From Syntrophales bacterium (lineage in GTDB: Bacteria > Desulfobacterota > Syntrophia > Syntrophales > UBA2210), in the NCBI GenBank assembly GCA_963662405.2, contig CAXXKT010000003.1, forward strand, positions 128,001-192,000: 64,000 bases of DNA, in the 5' to 3' direction. A program made the position numbers and the translations under genes. Shown here one piece after another: positions 60,660 to 64,000 of the stretch (its first letter is position 1; each line of letters begins with the position of its first letter). A model generated the notes under the pieces. It did not search any database. It worked only from the letters and a program-made list of their open reading frames with translations, and had not been told where the DNA came from.

Positions 60660-61919
60660 ATGCCGATGACCATTACGGAGAAGATCCTGGCCGCTCATGC
60701 CGGGAAGGACCGGGTTTTGCCCGGAGACCTGATCGAGGTACGGGTTGATGTGGCCCTTGCGAACGATATCACGGCTCCCCTCGCCATCAAGGTGTTCGAT
60801 GAGATCGGGGTGGAGGCGGTGTTCGACGCCGACAAGGTGGTCCTGGTAGCCGACCACTTTGTTCCTAATAAGGATATCGCCTCGGCGCAGCAGGTCAAGC
60901 TGGTGCGTGAATTTGCCACGAGGCAGAAACTCGCACATTACTACGAGGGAGGCGATTCGGGGGTGGAACATGTGATCCTCCCCGAGAAAGGGATCGTGCT
61001 TCCCGGACAGGTTGCCATCGGTGCCGACAGCCACACCTGTACGTACGGTGCCCTGGGGGCCTTTTCCACGGGGGTGGGGAGCACCGACCTCGGGGCGGTG
61101 ATGGCCACCGGCGAGATTTGGCTCAAGGTCCCCCCGACCATCCTTTTGAACTATGTCGGGGAACTGCGTCCCCACGTGGGGGGCAAGGACCTGATCCTCC
61201 ACACGATCGGTCTTCTCGGGGTGGAAGGCGCCCTGTACTGCGCCATGGAGTATGCCGGTCCCGTCATCAGATCGCTCCCCATGCACCAGCGGTTCACCAT
61301 GTCGAACATGGCGATCGAGGCCGGGGGGAAAAACGGGATAATCGAACCGGACGAGACGACCCTTGCCTACCTGGCGGAGCGAACCTCCGAGCGATTCGAA
61401 CTCTTCACCAGTGATCCCGATGCCGCCTATGACCGGGTGATCGATATCGACGTGAGCGGGATCGAGCCGCAGGTCGCCTTCCCGCATCTCCCCTCGAACG
61501 TGCGTCCCGTTTCCCGGGCGGGGGATGTCCCGATCGATCAGGTGGTGATCGGGTCCTGCACGAACGGGTGGCTGGACGACCTGCGCGATGCGGCGCGGGT
61601 CCTGAAGGGGCGAAGGGCCGCGAAAGGGGTGCGGCTCATTATCATGCCCGGTTCTCCATTGATCTATACCATGGCTCTCAAGGAGGGGCTCCTGGAGACC
61701 TTTCTTGCGGCGGGGGGTGTGATCGGTCCTCCCTGCTGCGGGCCCTGCCTGGGAGGACACATGGGGATCCTCGCGTCAGGAGAGCGAGCCGTGGCCACTA
61801 CGAACCGTAACTTTATCGGACGGATGGGACATCCCGAGAGTGAGGTCTACCTCGCCAATCCCACTGTTGCCGCTGTGTCCGCGGTCCTGGGGAGGATCGG
61901 TGGACCCGATGACCTGTAG
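60660..61919 (+). CDS. leuC: 3-isopropylmalate dehydratase large subunit (short homoaconitase-like type)
   Basis: GADSHTCT, IGSCTNG, CGPCLG, TTNRNF. Confidence 0.92.
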   Translation: MPMTITEKILAAHAGKDRVLPGDLIEVRVDVALANDITAPLAIKVFDEIGVEAVFDADKVVLVADHFVPNKDIASAQQVKLVREFATRQKLAHYYEGGDSGVEHVILPEKGIVLPGQVAIGADSHTCTYGALGAFSTGVGSTDLGAVMATGEIWLKVPPTILLNYVGELRPHVGGKDLILHTIGLLGVEGALYCAMEYAGPVIRSLPMHQRFTMSNMAIEAGGKNGIIEPDETTLAYLAERTSERFELFTSDPDAAYDRVIDIDVSGIEPQVAFPHLPSNVRPVSRAGDVPIDQVVIGSCTNGWLDDLRDAARVLKGRRAAKGVRLIIMPGSPLIYTMALKEGLLETFLAAGGVIGPPCCGPCLGGHMGILASGERAVATTNRNFIGRMGHPESEVYLANPTVAAVSAVLGRIGGPDDL

Positions 61920-61938
61920 AGGGGAGGATTTATCAGAA

Positions 61939-62439
61939 ATGGAGAAGATGAACATAGAAGGACGAGTATGGACATTCGGTGATGACATCGACACGGATGT
62001 CATTATCCCCGCACGGTACCTGAATGTCTCGGCGGAGGACGAGCTGGCGAAGAACTGTTTTGCGGATATCAGGCCGGAATTCGCGACGGAGGCCGCGGAA
62101 GGTGATATCATCGTCGCCGGGAAGAACTTCGGATGCGGATCGTCGCGCGAACACGCCCCCCTGGCGATCAAGGCCGCGGGAGTCCGAGTGGTGATTGCCG
62201 AAAGCTTTGCCCGGATCTTTTACCGGAATGCCTTCAATATCGGTCTCCCCCTCCTCGAATCGGCGGAGGCGTCGAAGGGGCTCTCCGATGGTGAGCGGGC
62301 CGTTGTCGATCTCGCTACCGGAACAATCAGGGGAGAGGGCGGCATCTTTCAATCCAAGCCGATCCCCGCGTTTATGGCGCAGTTGATCGCTGCCGGGGGA
62401 TTGGTGGAGTATGTCAGGAAGGTAAAAATCGGGAGATAA
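61939..62439 (+). CDS. leuD: 3-isopropylmalate dehydratase small subunit
   Basis: DIDTDVIIP, NFGCGSSREHA, SFARIFYRN. Confidence 0.93.
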   Translation: MEKMNIEGRVWTFGDDIDTDVIIPARYLNVSAEDELAKNCFADIRPEFATEAAEGDIIVAGKNFGCGSSREHAPLAIKAAGVRVVIAESFARIFYRNAFNIGLPLLESAEASKGLSDGERAVVDLATGTIRGEGGIFQSKPIPAFMAQLIAAGGLVEYVRKVKIGR

Positions 62440-62498
62440 GGGGGAAAACAGGAGGAGGGCGAAGCAGTCTCGCCCTCCCCACGCACCCCCCCCCCTGC

Positions 62499-62533
62499 AC
62501 GCCGGGTCCGGTGCGAGGACCCGGCGTTTTTTT
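62499..62533 (+). terminator. Intrinsic terminator after leuD
   Basis: ACGCCGGGTCC..GGACCCGGCGTTTTTTT. Confidence 0.75.
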
Positions 62534-62536
62534 GTT

Positions 62537-63622
<1,086 letters not shown>

Positions 63623-63807
63623 TCACCTATCCCTTTCCTTGTGAATTATTATTCCCCCGATGCTCCCTCTCATGAAACGTACATCTATTCACAAGAGCCG
63701 AATTATTGCAATAGCTTTTGCGCCATGCATGGTATTTTCTGTTGACTTAGAGGGGGCGAAATGATAGTGACGTTCCCTCTTTAAAGGATTTCAAGGAAAG
63801 TCGCGCT

Positions 63808-64000
63808 ATGCTGGATATACGATTCGTACGTGAGAATATCGATCTTGTCAGGATGAAGCTTGAGGAGCGGGGTGACGCCGTTGATCTGGATCGATTCGTT
63901 GCAATGGATAAAACCCGGCGGGATATCCTCCAGGAGGTGGAGTCACTCAGGAGTGAGAGGAACACCGTCTCAAAAGAGATCGGGGTGCGGAAGAAGAACG
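63808..64000 (+). CDS. serS: Serine--tRNA ligase, 5' part (runs off the window)
   Basis: MLDIRFVRENIDLVRMKLEERG..LRSERNTVSKEIG coiled-coil N-terminus; absent from the ORF track. Confidence 0.85.
   Translation, partial: MLDIRFVRENIDLVRMKLEERGDAVDLDRFVAMDKTRRDILQEVESLRSERNTVSKEIGVRKKN

Noticed and set aside
58332..61760. 1142-aa minus-strand ORF
   Set aside because: Antisense shadow of cimA-leuA-leuC caused by GC-rich codon bias; the same applies to most overlapping ORFs in the track

Overview
High-GC bacterial chromosomal window; gene content suggests an anaerobic Desulfobacterota/Syntrophales-like deltaproteobacterium (inference). 1-7.1 kb is an AT-rich defence-like island: pentapeptide-repeat protein plus radical SAM enzyme (+), and a minus-strand operon of UvrD-like helicase, DarT-like DNA ADP-ribosyltransferase, ADP-ribosylglycohydrolase (ARH) and SRA/PUA-HNH nuclease. 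7.3-26 kb is an accessory patchwork punctuated by inverted-repeat REPIN-like elements and their putative cognate RAYT transposase, an ArsR/ArsP/thiol-redox cluster and a PilX-like gene behind a GEMM-I-like riboswitch. Then come a moxR-bat operon, two cobalamin riboswitches before metE, a SucD-like dehydrogenase, glnS and tRNA-Gln, a frameshifted giant repeat surface protein, murI, larCEB, truA, an attenuated cimA-leuACD operon, leuB and the start of serS. Best novelty candidates: the helicase-DarT-ARH operon, a three-copy structured leader (hairpin, minigene, terminator) that also heads that operon, and the RAYT/REPIN family sitting at gene boundaries. All calls come from reading motifs by eye; no searches were run.
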